The notes under the pieces were generated by a model. The model had not been told where the DNA came from. It did no database searches and saw nothing but the letters and a program-made list of their open reading frames with translations. 64,000 nucleotides of DNA from Candidatus Moranbacteria bacterium GW2011_GWE2_35_2- (lineage in GTDB: Bacteria; Patescibacteriota; Minisyncoccia; Moranbacterales; UBA9337), in assembly GCA_000990585.1 (NCBI GenBank), contig LBQD01000004.1, forward strand, positions 41,707 through 105,706. The letters run 5' to 3'. Both the position numbers and the translations under genes were made by a program. Position 1 is the stretch's first letter. Each line of letters opens with the position of its first letter. Of the stretch, positions 19,866-28,593 are shown in pieces.

Positions 19866-20131
19866 GGAAAATTCAAGTCGGCGATGATGAGGGGTTGGAG
19901 CCTTGGAGCTGATGGGAATTTAATCAAGGTGCTTCGACGCAAGGTCGGAGAAAGTGGGTGGAACCGCCCCGCAAACATTTTCAAGGATTGTTGAAAACTT
20001 GCCGATGTTTCGAGGTCCCGCATTGTTTTGAAAGATTTTGATATGTCTTTCGGAAAATGTGCGGGGCAAGCGGGAAGCCAGAAACTCGTCCCAAGCATAT
20101 TTTGAAAGGTATGTTCGGGACGAGTTTTTTT
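19866..20131 (+). ncRNA. T-box-like leader RNA with glycine (GGU) specifier; ends in a rho-independent terminator; no downstream ORF on the same strand for about 455 nt
   Basis: Stem I base GGCGAUGAUGAGG (GA/K-turn-like), specifier region AAUCAAGGUGCUUCGACGCA (compare B. subtilis glyQS AAGAAGGCACUUCGAGCA, recalled from memory), antiterminator-type motif GUGGGUGGAACCGCC at 19954-19968 (T-box consensus AGGGUGGNACCGCG; UGGA matches U73 discriminator of tRNA-Gly), terminator ACUCGUCCC...GGGACGAGU + U7 at 20084-20131. All ORFs >=60 aa in this interval are overlapping minus-strand artefacts. Confidence 0.45.
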
Positions 20132-20144
20132 GATAAAATAAAAA

Positions 20145-20185
20145 AAGCCTCATCCGATGTGCTAAAGTTCAGCACGTTTCGGACA
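20145..20185 (-). terminator. Terminator for minus-strand small gene 20211..20513
   Basis: Plus-strand AAAAAAAGCCTCATCCGATGTGCTAAAGTTCAGCACGTTTCGGAC; perfect GTGCT/AGCAC stem, A-run on plus = U-run on minus. Confidence 0.4.
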
Positions 20186-20210
20186 AGACTTTCAAAGCTG
20201 CAGGAAATTA

Positions 20211-20513
20211 TTATACGTTTTTGATCGCCGCAATAATTCTTTCAAGGGTCATCCCTTTCCTTGCAACGACGTACGTCATCATGCCGGGAATGTTGATGGA
20301 AGGTTCATCCTGAAAAGAAAATTTTACATTGAAACTTCTGGCATTAGTTTGGCGACAGAGCTGTTCGAGATCCTCGTAACTTCCGTGGACCATGATGTAT
20401 TCGCCAGACTCCTCGATTGCGAAATTGGCATCGGCGCCGAGAAGATACGCACTTAATTTTTCGGAATTCAAAAAAATTTCCTGCGGGATTTTCTTGGAAT
20501 TTATTGCATCCAT
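20211..20513 (-). CDS. Small protein, paralog family member 3 (function unknown)
   Basis: 100 aa; HGSYEDLEQLCRQTNARSFNVKFSFQD resembles SAPDHLVEFIAKKTKWNKIGTNEFSIQD of member 1; own terminator. Confidence 0.45.
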   Translation of the reverse strand: MDAINSKKIPQEIFLNSEKLSAYLLGADANFAIEESGEYIMVHGSYEDLEQLCRQTNARSFNVKFSFQDEPSINIPGMMTYVVARKGMTLERIIAAIKNV

Positions 20514-20590
20514 TTTGTTCTCCTTTTTCTGATAGTTAACCCATAAAAATAGGGCATTTATAAAAATAACTAATTTAACATCATAAAATT

Positions 20591-22039
20591 ATGACATCAA
20601 ATAAAATTAGCACAAAAGAAGAAAAAAGTCAACCCCGAAAAATCGCTTCGCTCACTCGGGACGATTCTCGAATGGACAAGATTATTTCGCTTTGTAAGAG
20701 GCGGGGGTTTGTTTTTCCTTCTTCGGAGATTTATGGCGGGTTTGCGGCGGTGTATGATTATGGATCATATGGAGTGGAGCTGGTCAATAACATCAAGGCG
20801 GCTTGGTGGAAGGCGATGGTGCAGGAGAATGAGAATATCGTGGGGCTAGACAGCTCGATTTTTATGCATCCGAAAGTTTGGCAGGCTAGCGGGCATGTGA
20901 GCGGTTTTTCTGATCCCCTCATTGAATGTAAAAAATGCCACGCGCGCCTGCGGGTGGATCACGTTTTGGAAGAAATCGGCGTTTTTGCGGATGAGAAAAT
21001 GAGCGAAGAAGAAATTAACAAATTGCTCAAAGAAAATAAAGATAAAATCGAGTGCGCCAAATGCAAAAGCAAAAATTTCACCGAAGCGAAAAAATTCAAC
21101 CTTTTAGTGCAGTCGAATTTGGGAAATTTTACCGGTGATTGGACAAAAGAGCCGACCTATTTGCGCGGGGAAACTTGTCAGGGAATTTATGTGAATTTCA
21201 AAAACGTTTTGGACAGCTCGCGCGTGAAAGTGCCTTTCGGAATCGCGCAAATCGGAAAAGCATTCCGCAATGAAATCACGGCGCGCCAGTTCATTTTCCG
21301 CAAGCGTGAATTTGAACAAATGGAAATGCAAATGTTCGTGCGTCCGGAAGAAGGAATGGAAGTTTATGAAGATTGGCGAAAAAGACGTTGGCAATATTAT
21401 CTTGATTTGGGAATTAGCGAGAAAAATCTCAAATGGCATCAGCACGAAAATTTAGTTTTCTATGCCAAGGCGGCTTGGGATATTGAATACAATTTTCCGT
21501 TTGGGTTCAAAGAATTGGAAGGAATTCATGCGCGTGGAGATTATGACCTCACTCAGCATAGCAAATTTTCCGGACAGAAGTTGGAATATCAAGATTCGAA
21601 AACCAACGAAAAATATGTTCCTCATATAGTGGAAACTTCCGTGGGAGCGGACCGCACATTCCTTGCGGTTTTGACAGAGAGTTATACCGAAGAAAAATTG
21701 GAAGACGGAAGCGAGCGAGTGGTACTCAAATTTCCCAAAAAATTGGCACCGATCAAGGCGGCGATTTTTCCATTGCTCAAAAACAAGCCGGAGCTTGTCC
21801 AAAAGGCGCGCGAGGTATATGATGTTTTGAAGGGAGAATTTATGTGCGAGTTCGATGACAATGGAAATATTGGAAAAAGATATCGCCGACAAGACGAAAT
21901 TGGAACGCCATATTGCATCACAATCGATTTTGACAGTCTGGAAAACGCAGACGTAACTGTCCGCGACCGAGATACAATGAAACAGGAAAGAATTAAAATC
22001 GCAGAACTAAAAGATTATTTAAAGGAAAAATTAAGCTAA
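20591..22039 (+). CDS. glyS: Glycine--tRNA ligase (alpha2-type class II)
   Basis: KRRGFVFPSSEIYGGFAAVYDYGSYGVEL, class II motifs, FGIAQIGKAFRNEI..., C-terminal anticodon-binding domain; apparent own promoter TTAACC-17-TATAAA at about 20528-20556. Confidence 0.93.
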   Translation: MTSNKISTKEEKSQPRKIASLTRDDSRMDKIISLCKRRGFVFPSSEIYGGFAAVYDYGSYGVELVNNIKAAWWKAMVQENENIVGLDSSIFMHPKVWQASGHVSGFSDPLIECKKCHARLRVDHVLEEIGVFADEKMSEEEINKLLKENKDKIECAKCKSKNFTEAKKFNLLVQSNLGNFTGDWTKEPTYLRGETCQGIYVNFKNVLDSSRVKVPFGIAQIGKAFRNEITARQFIFRKREFEQMEMQMFVRPEEGMEVYEDWRKRRWQYYLDLGISEKNLKWHQHENLVFYAKAAWDIEYNFPFGFKELEGIHARGDYDLTQHSKFSGQKLEYQDSKTNEKYVPHIVETSVGADRTFLAVLTESYTEEKLEDGSERVVLKFPKKLAPIKAAIFPLLKNKPELVQKAREVYDVLKGEFMCEFDDNGNIGKRYRRQDEIGTPYCITIDFDSLENADVTVRDRDTMKQERIKIAELKDYLKEKLS

Positions 22040-22088
22040 TAAAATTTTCTTAGATTCCGGATATTTTTATTGGAATAAAAATTCCGGA

Positions 22089-23048
22089 ATGACAAATGAT
22101 ATTATGACATTGCAACAAATTTACAAACTGGCAGTAGATCTTGGAATTAAAAATGATTTGCGACCAAAAAGTGAAATTGATAAAAAAATGGCGCGCATCA
22201 AAAAGCAATATGAAAAACTTTCCAAAGAAGAGAAAGAATTTTTTGATAAAGAAAGATTGTCTAATCCATATATGGACAGTCGGATTCATTTTGATAGTGG
22301 AAAAAATATCAAAAGAGTTATGGCGGGAATTGATATAGATACAGGTGAGCTTATGATGGCGAAACAATTAGGAGTTGATGCAGTTATTGCTCATCACCCG
22401 ATTGGAAAAGGATTAGCGGCACTAGATGATGTGATGCATCTTCAGTCGGATGTTTTATCGCAATATGGCGTGCCGATTAATGTGGCGGAAGGCTTGATGC
22501 ATCTTAGAATTAGTGAAGTGGCAAGAGGGATAAATCCAATAAATCACTTTAAAGTTCCAATGGCATCTGATCTTTTGAAAATGAGTTTAATAAATGTTCA
22601 TACTCCGGCGGATAATATGGTGGCGACATTTTTGAAGAAACTTATCGATAAAGAAAAGCCGGAATATATGGAAGATATTTTGGAACTCTTGGAAAAAGTT
22701 CCCGAGTATAACGAAGCGAAAAAGCAGGGAATTGGTCCGACTTTATTTTCCGGAAAAAAACACAATCGGACTGGAAAAATTGCAGTTACGGAAATTACCG
22801 GAGGAACAGAAGGGAGCGAAAAGATATATGAGAAAATGGCAAATGCCGGAGTAGGAACGATTATTGCGATGCATCAAAGCGACAAGCATCGCGAAGCGGC
22901 GGAAAAAGCGCATATCAATGTGGTGATTGCCGGTCATATTTCTTCCGATTCGATTGGTATGAATTTATTCTTGGATGAATTGGAAAAGAAAGGAATTGAA
23001 ATCATTCCATGCTCAGGCTTGATTCGTTATTCAAGAGTTAAAAAATAA
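22089..23048 (+). CDS. Nif3-like dinuclear metal centre protein (YqfO/GTP cyclohydrolase 1 type 2 family)
   Basis: GVDAVIAHHP, INVHTPADN, C-terminal VVIAGHISSD motifs typical of NIF3. Confidence 0.75.
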   Translation: MTNDIMTLQQIYKLAVDLGIKNDLRPKSEIDKKMARIKKQYEKLSKEEKEFFDKERLSNPYMDSRIHFDSGKNIKRVMAGIDIDTGELMMAKQLGVDAVIAHHPIGKGLAALDDVMHLQSDVLSQYGVPINVAEGLMHLRISEVARGINPINHFKVPMASDLLKMSLINVHTPADNMVATFLKKLIDKEKPEYMEDILELLEKVPEYNEAKKQGIGPTLFSGKKHNRTGKIAVTEITGGTEGSEKIYEKMANAGVGTIIAMHQSDKHREAAEKAHINVVIAGHISSDSIGMNLFLDELEKKGIEIIPCSGLIRYSRVKK

Positions 23049-23052
23049 TTAT

Positions 23053-24321
23053 ATGCAATATAAAAAAACGAAATTGAAAAACGGGCTGAGGATTGTGACG
23101 GCGCCGATGGAAAATACTGAGACGGCGACGGTGGTGGTGATGGTTGGGGTTGGCAGTCGCTATGAAAGCGAAAAAGAAGCGGGACTTTCCCATTTTATCG
23201 AGCATATGTTTTTCAAAGGCACCGAAAAGCGTCCGACAGCTCTTGATATTTCCGAGGAATTGGATGCGATCGGCGGGGAATTCAACGCCTTTACCGGAAA
23301 AGATATGACCGGGTATTATGCCAAAGCGAGCGCGGAAAATTTCGATGTCGCTTTGGATGTGGTGGCGGATATGTATCTCAATTCCAAAATTGAAGAAGAG
23401 GAAATCCAGCGGGAAAAAGGAACCATTATCCAAGAGCTCAATATGTACGAAGACAATCCTCAACGCAATGTTGGAGATGTTTTTGAAAAAATTTTGTATG
23501 ACAGAAATAACCTTGGCAGGGAAATTGTCGGGTATAAGAAAACTATCAACTCTTTCAAAAGAAAAGATTTTATTGACTATATGAAACGTTTTTATGTCGC
23601 CAATGATACGGTGGTTTGCGTGGCGGGAAAAATCGATGAGAAAAAGGTAATCGATCAAATAAAAAAATATTTTTCCAAAATGCCCAAAGGAAAAAAACCG
23701 GCGATTGAAAAAGTGAAGGAAAGCCAAACAAAGCCGCAAGTGAAAATAAAATTCAAAAAAACCGACCAGACGCATTTTATTTTAGGAAACCGCGCTTTCA
23801 AACGAAACCACAAAGATCGTTTCGCGCTGGGACTCTTGGCGACAATTCTTGGGGGCAATATGTCCAGCCGGCTTTTTATCGAAGTGCGCGAACGTCGGGG
23901 TCTGGCCTATTATGTTCGCACGGCTACGGAAAGTTTTGACGATTGCGGATATATTGAAACGCAATCCGGAGTTGAGCACAAGAATTTGGAAAAAGCGATT
24001 GAAGTTATTTTGATTGAGTATAGGAAAATGACTGTTGAAAAAGTGAGTGAAAAAGAACTTAAAAAAGCCAAAGATTATCTCAAAGGGAAAGGGGTGATGG
24101 GATTTGAAGCATCTGATGAGGTGGCAATGTTTTTTGTTGATCAAGAAGTGAAAAAGGAAAAAATAATGACATTGGAGGAAGTTTTTGCTAAAATTGATGC
24201 AGTAACGGCGGAGGACATTCAAAGGGTTGCTAAGAAAATTTTCACAAAAAACGGATTGAATTTGGCAATAATCGGTCCGCACAAAAACGGAAAGAAGTTG
24301 GAAAAATTATTGAAAACATAA
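23053..24321 (+). CDS. M16 family zinc peptidase (insulinase-like)
   Basis: Inverted zincin motif GLSHFIEHMFFKGT (HxxEH), ...E..GG..NA.T.. downstream; about 420 aa. Confidence 0.85.
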   Translation: MQYKKTKLKNGLRIVTAPMENTETATVVVMVGVGSRYESEKEAGLSHFIEHMFFKGTEKRPTALDISEELDAIGGEFNAFTGKDMTGYYAKASAENFDVALDVVADMYLNSKIEEEEIQREKGTIIQELNMYEDNPQRNVGDVFEKILYDRNNLGREIVGYKKTINSFKRKDFIDYMKRFYVANDTVVCVAGKIDEKKVIDQIKKYFSKMPKGKKPAIEKVKESQTKPQVKIKFKKTDQTHFILGNRAFKRNHKDRFALGLLATILGGNMSSRLFIEVRERRGLAYYVRTATESFDDCGYIETQSGVEHKNLEKAIEVILIEYRKMTVEKVSEKELKKAKDYLKGKGVMGFEASDEVAMFFVDQEVKKEKIMTLEEVFAKIDAVTAEDIQRVAKKIFTKNGLNLAIIGPHKNGKKLEKLLKT

Positions 24322-24333
24322 GATGTATTATCT

Positions 24334-24792
24334 TCAGGTAAACAACAAAAAAATGGCAACTAGTGAGAAGATAATATCATTCAGTGAATTTCTAAAAGTC
24401 CATGCTCTTTCGGGAGAAAAAGGGGGGTGTTTGTGAACCCATGCGTGAAAATTGAAAATTTTTTCCAGAATTTTAAAATTCAACTTCCAGTAGAATACGG
24501 TGAGTAAATCGGGAAGCATTGAAAAAAACGATCCGAGCAAAATAATAGATGTTTCGCGTAAGTTGAAATTTTTGGAAAAAATGGCGACGCCGATTATAGT
24601 CAGTCCAATAAAAAGATCCAAGACGACTTTCCACCACGTGTTTTTGAAAAAAGATTTGCGGTCGAGATATTCTCCGTGGCGGAATGAATCCATAATATAG
24701 TGGAACGCTAAAGAAAGAAGAATAATCAGCCAGGGATTGTCAAAATTTTTGCCGATTGCCGCTCCGGCAAGAGCGTGAGTAGTTAGTATCAT
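24334..24792 (-). CDS. Membrane-bound metal-dependent hydrolase-like protein (YdjM/DUF457-like)
   Basis: MILTTHALAGAAIG..., several TM helices, conserved His residues (HYIMDSFRHGE, HAWVHKH). Confidence 0.5.
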   Translation of the reverse strand: MILTTHALAGAAIGKNFDNPWLIILLSLAFHYIMDSFRHGEYLDRKSFFKNTWWKVVLDLFIGLTIIGVAIFSKNFNLRETSIILLGSFFSMLPDLLTVFYWKLNFKILEKIFNFHAWVHKHPPFSPERAWTFRNSLNDIIFSLVAIFLLFT

Positions 24793-24839
24793 ATTTTAAA
24801 AAAAATTGTAAGATTTAAGTATTTGAAAAACATTCGTCC

Positions 24840-24918
24840 GGTTTTCCGAAAAAACATTTTTTTTCCGGCTCTTTCGAGGGACACGGGCAGCTACGAAAAA
24901 ACATTTTTTCGGAAAACC
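24840..24918. promoter_or_regulatory. Long inverted repeat (GGTTTTCCGAAAAAACATTTTTT ... AAAAAACATTTTTTCGGAAAACC) in divergent intergenic region
   Basis: 23-bp arms with 2 central mismatches, 33-bp spacer; third AAAAACATT copy at 24826. Confidence 0.45.
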
Positions 24919-24956
24919 TAGTGCTTTTTGTTTAAATGCGTAAATTTTAAATTAGT

Positions 24957-25637
24957 ATGAGTAAATTGTATATCGTTGCTACACCAATAGGTAATCTTGA
25001 AGATATTACTTTGCGTGCCATTCGGATTATGAAGGAGGCGGATTTTGTGGCGTGCGAGGATACGCGGGTGACGCGAAAATTAACAGCGCACTATGAAATT
25101 GAAACTCCGCTTATATCCTACCACCAGCACAGCAAATTGCAAAAAATTGATTTCATTATTTCCAAATTAAAAGAAGGAAAAAATATCGCCCTGGTGACGG
25201 ATGCCGGGACTCCGGGAATTTCTGATCCGGGAAATATTTTAGTGGCGGAGGCGGTGAAAAATGGAATTGATATTATTACAATTCCTGGCGCTTCGGCATT
25301 GGCGGCACTTGCTAGTGTGGCGGGAATTGATATGCAGAAGTTTATTTTTTTGGGTTTTCCTCCGCACAAAAAAGGGAGAAAGACTTTCATTGCGGATATT
25401 TTTGAAATTGATTTTCCTGTCATTATTTATGAGTCTAAATATAGATTAATGAAATTATTGAAAGAATTTAGCGAATATAGCGGAGAAAAGCGGATACAAA
25501 TGATAATTGGAAGGGAATTAACTAAGATGTTTGAAGAGATAATCAGAGGGGATGTTGATAATATAACGAAATATTTTGAAGATAATAAGGAAAAGCTAAA
25601 AGGAGAGTTTGTTATTATTATTCATAAGGAAAAATGA
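24957..25637 (+). CDS. rsmI: 16S rRNA (cytidine1402-2'-O)-methyltransferase RsmI
   Basis: MSKLYIVATPIGNLEDITLRAIRIMKEADFVACEDTRVTRKL, tetrapyrrole-methylase fold. Confidence 0.9.
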   Translation: MSKLYIVATPIGNLEDITLRAIRIMKEADFVACEDTRVTRKLTAHYEIETPLISYHQHSKLQKIDFIISKLKEGKNIALVTDAGTPGISDPGNILVAEAVKNGIDIITIPGASALAALASVAGIDMQKFIFLGFPPHKKGRKTFIADIFEIDFPVIIYESKYRLMKLLKEFSEYSGEKRIQMIIGRELTKMFEEIIRGDVDNITKYFEDNKEKLKGEFVIIIHKEK

Positions 25638-26053
25638 CAATATATACAAAAAAGGGAGAACAGATATTGTATGAAAAAGAATCCTATGTTTTAAGGGGAT
25701 TGTTTATGAAAATTTATAATGAAATTGGTCCTGGAATCAAAGAATCTGTTTATGTAAAGGCATTGATTCAGGAATTTAAAGAGAATAATATATTATTTGA
25801 AAATGAAAAGAATATTAAAATTATCAGGAAAGGAGAAGTTATTGGGAAATTCAGAGTTGATTTTCTGGTGTATAATAAAATAATTATAGAAATCAAAGCC
25901 TTGGAATTTCTTCCTGCTGTTTCACAGAGGCAATTGCAGACTTATCTATCGGGATCTGTTTATCGATTGGGATTTTTGGTTAATTTTGGTGGAAATAAAT
26001 TAGAAATAATAAGAAAAATAAACGATAAGGCAAAAAGATTAGCGTTATTATAA
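25634..26053 (+). CDS. GxxExxY family protein (PD-(D/E)XK-like)
   Basis: GIKESVY motif, RVDFLVYNKIIIEIKA (PD-D/ExK core), about 139 aa; 4-bp overlap with rsmI. Confidence 0.65.
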   Translation: MTIYTKKGEQILYEKESYVLRGLFMKIYNEIGPGIKESVYVKALIQEFKENNILFENEKNIKIIRKGEVIGKFRVDFLVYNKIIIEIKALEFLPAVSQRQLQTYLSGSVYRLGFLVNFGGNKLEIIRKINDKAKRLALL

Positions 26054-26092
26054 TTGGCAATATCCGCTTCTATCTGCTTTATCCGCAAATAA

Positions 26093-27544
26093 ATGAAAGA
26101 CAAATTTTATATCACAACCCCGATTTATTATGCCAATGCCAAGGCGCATATCGGTCATGCATACACGACGATTGCGGCGGATGCGCTGGCGCGGTTCCAT
26201 AAACTTCAAAACGAAGATGTTTTTTTTCTAACTGGAATGGATGAGCATGGAGCCAAAATTCAGAAGGCAGCTGAAAAGGCAGGAAAAAGTCCGCAAGAAT
26301 TTGTGAATAATATTTCCGAAGGATTTGAAAATTTATGGAAAAACTTGAATATTAAATATGATGGTTTCATACGAACGACGGACAATAATCACAAAGAAGC
26401 AGTGCGGAAAGTTTTGCAAAAATTGTATGACGATGGCGCAATTTATAAAGGAGAATATGAAGGATTATATTGCACTGGCTGTGAACAATTTAAAAGTGAA
26501 AATGAATTGGTTGATGGAAAATGCCCGGATCATAATATTGCGCCTGAGATGATGAAAGAAGAATGTTATCTTCTGAAAATGACCGAACTTCAAAAAGAAC
26601 TGATTGAAAAAATCAAATCAGATGAATTTCAGATTGCGCCGGAAAGATACAAAAAAGAGATTCTTTCTTTTTTGGAAGGACAAAAATTAGAAGACGTTTC
26701 TATTTCTCGCAGGAATATTTTATGGGGAATTACATTGCCTTTTGATGAAGATCATACTACTTATGTTTGGGTAGACGCTTTCCTTAATTATTTGACCGGC
26801 TTGGGATGGAATGGGGATTTGAATGATATTCCAAAACAATGGCCGGCGGATGTCCAATTGATTGGAAAAGATATTTTGCGGGTTCACGCGACCATTTGGC
26901 CGATTATGCTTTTGCATTTGGGGTTGCCGCTTCCAAAAAAACTTTTTGTGCATGGGCACATTTTGTCCGGCGGAAAAAAGATGAGCAAGACATTGGGGAA
27001 TGTGATCGGAATCGATGAAATGATTGAAAAATTCGGAGTAGATGGAACGCGTTATCTTTTATTAGATGCTGGAACTTTTGGAGAAGATGTGGATGTGACA
27101 ATGGAGCGGATGGTGGAGAAATATAACAATGACCTGGCAAATGGATTGGGAAATTTGGTTTCAAGGGTTGTGAAACTCGTTCAAAATTTTCAATTTTCAA
27201 TTTCTCCGCCCAAGGCGGACCAGCCTTGGGCTGGCAATTTTCAAACAATTTCCAATGATCAAACTTTAAACACATTAAATAATATAGAAATTGAAAAAGC
27301 ACTTGAGTATATTTGGAAAATTGTGAGAGATGCAAATAAATATATTGAAGATACAAAGCCTTGGGAGTCGGCGAAAGATGAAAGCAGGAAAGAGGAGTTC
27401 GAAAAAGTTATGCAGAAATTAGTGGATGATTTGGGTTTAATTGCTGAATTGTTGATACCTTTTATGCCTCAAACTTCGGAGAAGATCAAAAAAGCGCTGG
27501 AAACAAAAAAGTTGGATGAAGTTTTATTTCAAAGAATAAAATGA
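26093..27544 (+). CDS. metG: Methionine--tRNA ligase (short form)
   Basis: TTPIYYANAKAHIGHAYTTIAAD (HIGH), Zn knuckle CTGCEQF...CPDH, KMSKTLGNVI (KMSKS). Confidence 0.95.
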   Translation: MKDKFYITTPIYYANAKAHIGHAYTTIAADALARFHKLQNEDVFFLTGMDEHGAKIQKAAEKAGKSPQEFVNNISEGFENLWKNLNIKYDGFIRTTDNNHKEAVRKVLQKLYDDGAIYKGEYEGLYCTGCEQFKSENELVDGKCPDHNIAPEMMKEECYLLKMTELQKELIEKIKSDEFQIAPERYKKEILSFLEGQKLEDVSISRRNILWGITLPFDEDHTTYVWVDAFLNYLTGLGWNGDLNDIPKQWPADVQLIGKDILRVHATIWPIMLLHLGLPLPKKLFVHGHILSGGKKMSKTLGNVIGIDEMIEKFGVDGTRYLLLDAGTFGEDVDVTMERMVEKYNNDLANGLGNLVSRVVKLVQNFQFSISPPKADQPWAGNFQTISNDQTLNTLNNIEIEKALEYIWKIVRDANKYIEDTKPWESAKDESRKEEFEKVMQKLVDDLGLIAELLIPFMPQTSEKIKKALETKKLDEVLFQRIK

Positions 27545-28395
27545 TAGATACTCACGCGCATCTTGATGATAGGCAGTTTGACAAAGACCGGGAAGAAGTG
27601 ATCTCGCGGTCTTTTGAAAATGGGGTGGAAAAAATAATCAATGTTGGGGCGGATATTAAAGGCAGTCGAGATTCTATTGTATTGGCGAAAAAGTATGAAA
27701 ATATTTTTGCGGCGGTCGGATTGCATCCACACTGTTTTGGTGAAGATAAGGAGGTTGGGGATGTTGGGGGGATTGGGGAATTGGCAAAAAATGAGAAGGT
27801 GGTGGCGATTGGGGAGATTGGTCTTGATTATTTTTCTCACAATAGAAAAGTAATAACAGGGGAACAGAAGGAAAATCAAAAAAAAGGTTTTGTGGCACAA
27901 TTGGAATTGGCGCAGGAATTGGATTTGCCGGTGATTATTCATTGCCGCTCTTCAAAAGAAAATCCAACTGATGCTTATGATGATATTTATGAAATTCTTT
28001 TTCTTTCGAACCCTCACCTCAACCCTCTCCCAAAGGGAGAGGGGGACTTCCGGATGGTTTTTCATTGTTATGGCGGAAACTTGGATTTTACTAAAAAGTT
28101 ATTGCGGCATAAAAATATTTTTTTCTCTTTTACTCCGAATATAACCTACAAAATTAAAAAAAATATTGTCGGGACGAAGGATGATATTATGGAAAGTATT
28201 AAAATTATCCCTTTGAAAAAAATTATGCTGGAAACCGATTGTCCGTATTTGGCGCCGCAAGAATTTCGCGGAAAAAGAAGTGAACCGATGTACGCAAAAT
28301 ATGCAGCGAAAAGAATTGCTTTCATTAAAAATATTAATATAGATAAAGTGGAAAAAATTACCGCTGAAAATGCGGATAATTTTTTTCGCTTTTGA
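27541..28395 (+). CDS. tatD: TatD family deoxyribonuclease/hydrolase
   Basis: MIDTHAHLDD..., GEIGLDY, VIIHCR, ETDCPYLAP; contains in-frame palindromic insertion at 28012-28053 (NPHLNPLPKGEGDF). Confidence 0.9.
   Translation: MIDTHAHLDDRQFDKDREEVISRSFENGVEKIINVGADIKGSRDSIVLAKKYENIFAAVGLHPHCFGEDKEVGDVGGIGELAKNEKVVAIGEIGLDYFSHNRKVITGEQKENQKKGFVAQLELAQELDLPVIIHCRSSKENPTDAYDDIYEILFLSNPHLNPLPKGEGDFRMVFHCYGGNLDFTKKLLRHKNIFFSFTPNITYKIKKNIVGTKDDIMESIKIIPLKKIMLETDCPYLAPQEFRGKRSEPMYAKYAAKRIAFIKNINIDKVEKITAENADNFFRF
28023..28043. repeat. Perfect hairpin CCCTCTCCC-AAA-GGGAGAGGG inserted in-frame inside tatD
   Basis: 9-bp GC-rich stem, 3-nt loop, inside an otherwise AT-rich coding region; encodes extra PLPKGEG segment. 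Confidence 0.7.
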
Positions 28396-28593
28396 AATTT
28401 TTTTCGAACTTGCAATTTTTATTCAAAGAGGTATACTGGGAGAGGTTTTTTTATTAAAGATCATTTTTAAATGAGGATTGAGCAAAAAATGCCATTAGGT
28501 GTTTTTTTGTTTTGTTTTTTTGGTCGAATTTTAACAATAAGTCACATTTGTCGGATATGTTCTCGACAAAGTTATGTCTTTCAAAAAAAATTT

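Noticed and set aside
19866-20131. Alternative identities for the structured RNA: tmRNA, RNase P RNA, SRP RNA, 6S RNA, glycine riboswitch
   Set aside because: No tRNA-like 3' end/CCA or tag-peptide ORF (tmRNA); lacks GGAAAGUCCGGGCUCC and ACAGAANCCGGCUUA blocks and is too short (RNase P); no AGGUCCGGAAGGAAGCAGC-type domain IV (SRP); glycine-riboswitch core ACCGAAGGGGCAA not matched. T-box motifs fit better, though still unverified.
19850-20175. Three overlapping minus-strand ORFs (60-82 aa) in the T-box-like RNA region
   Set aside because: Mutually overlapping in different frames, no RBS, R/S/P-rich composition typical of antisense reading of a GC-richer structured RNA; region has promoter and terminator on the plus strand.
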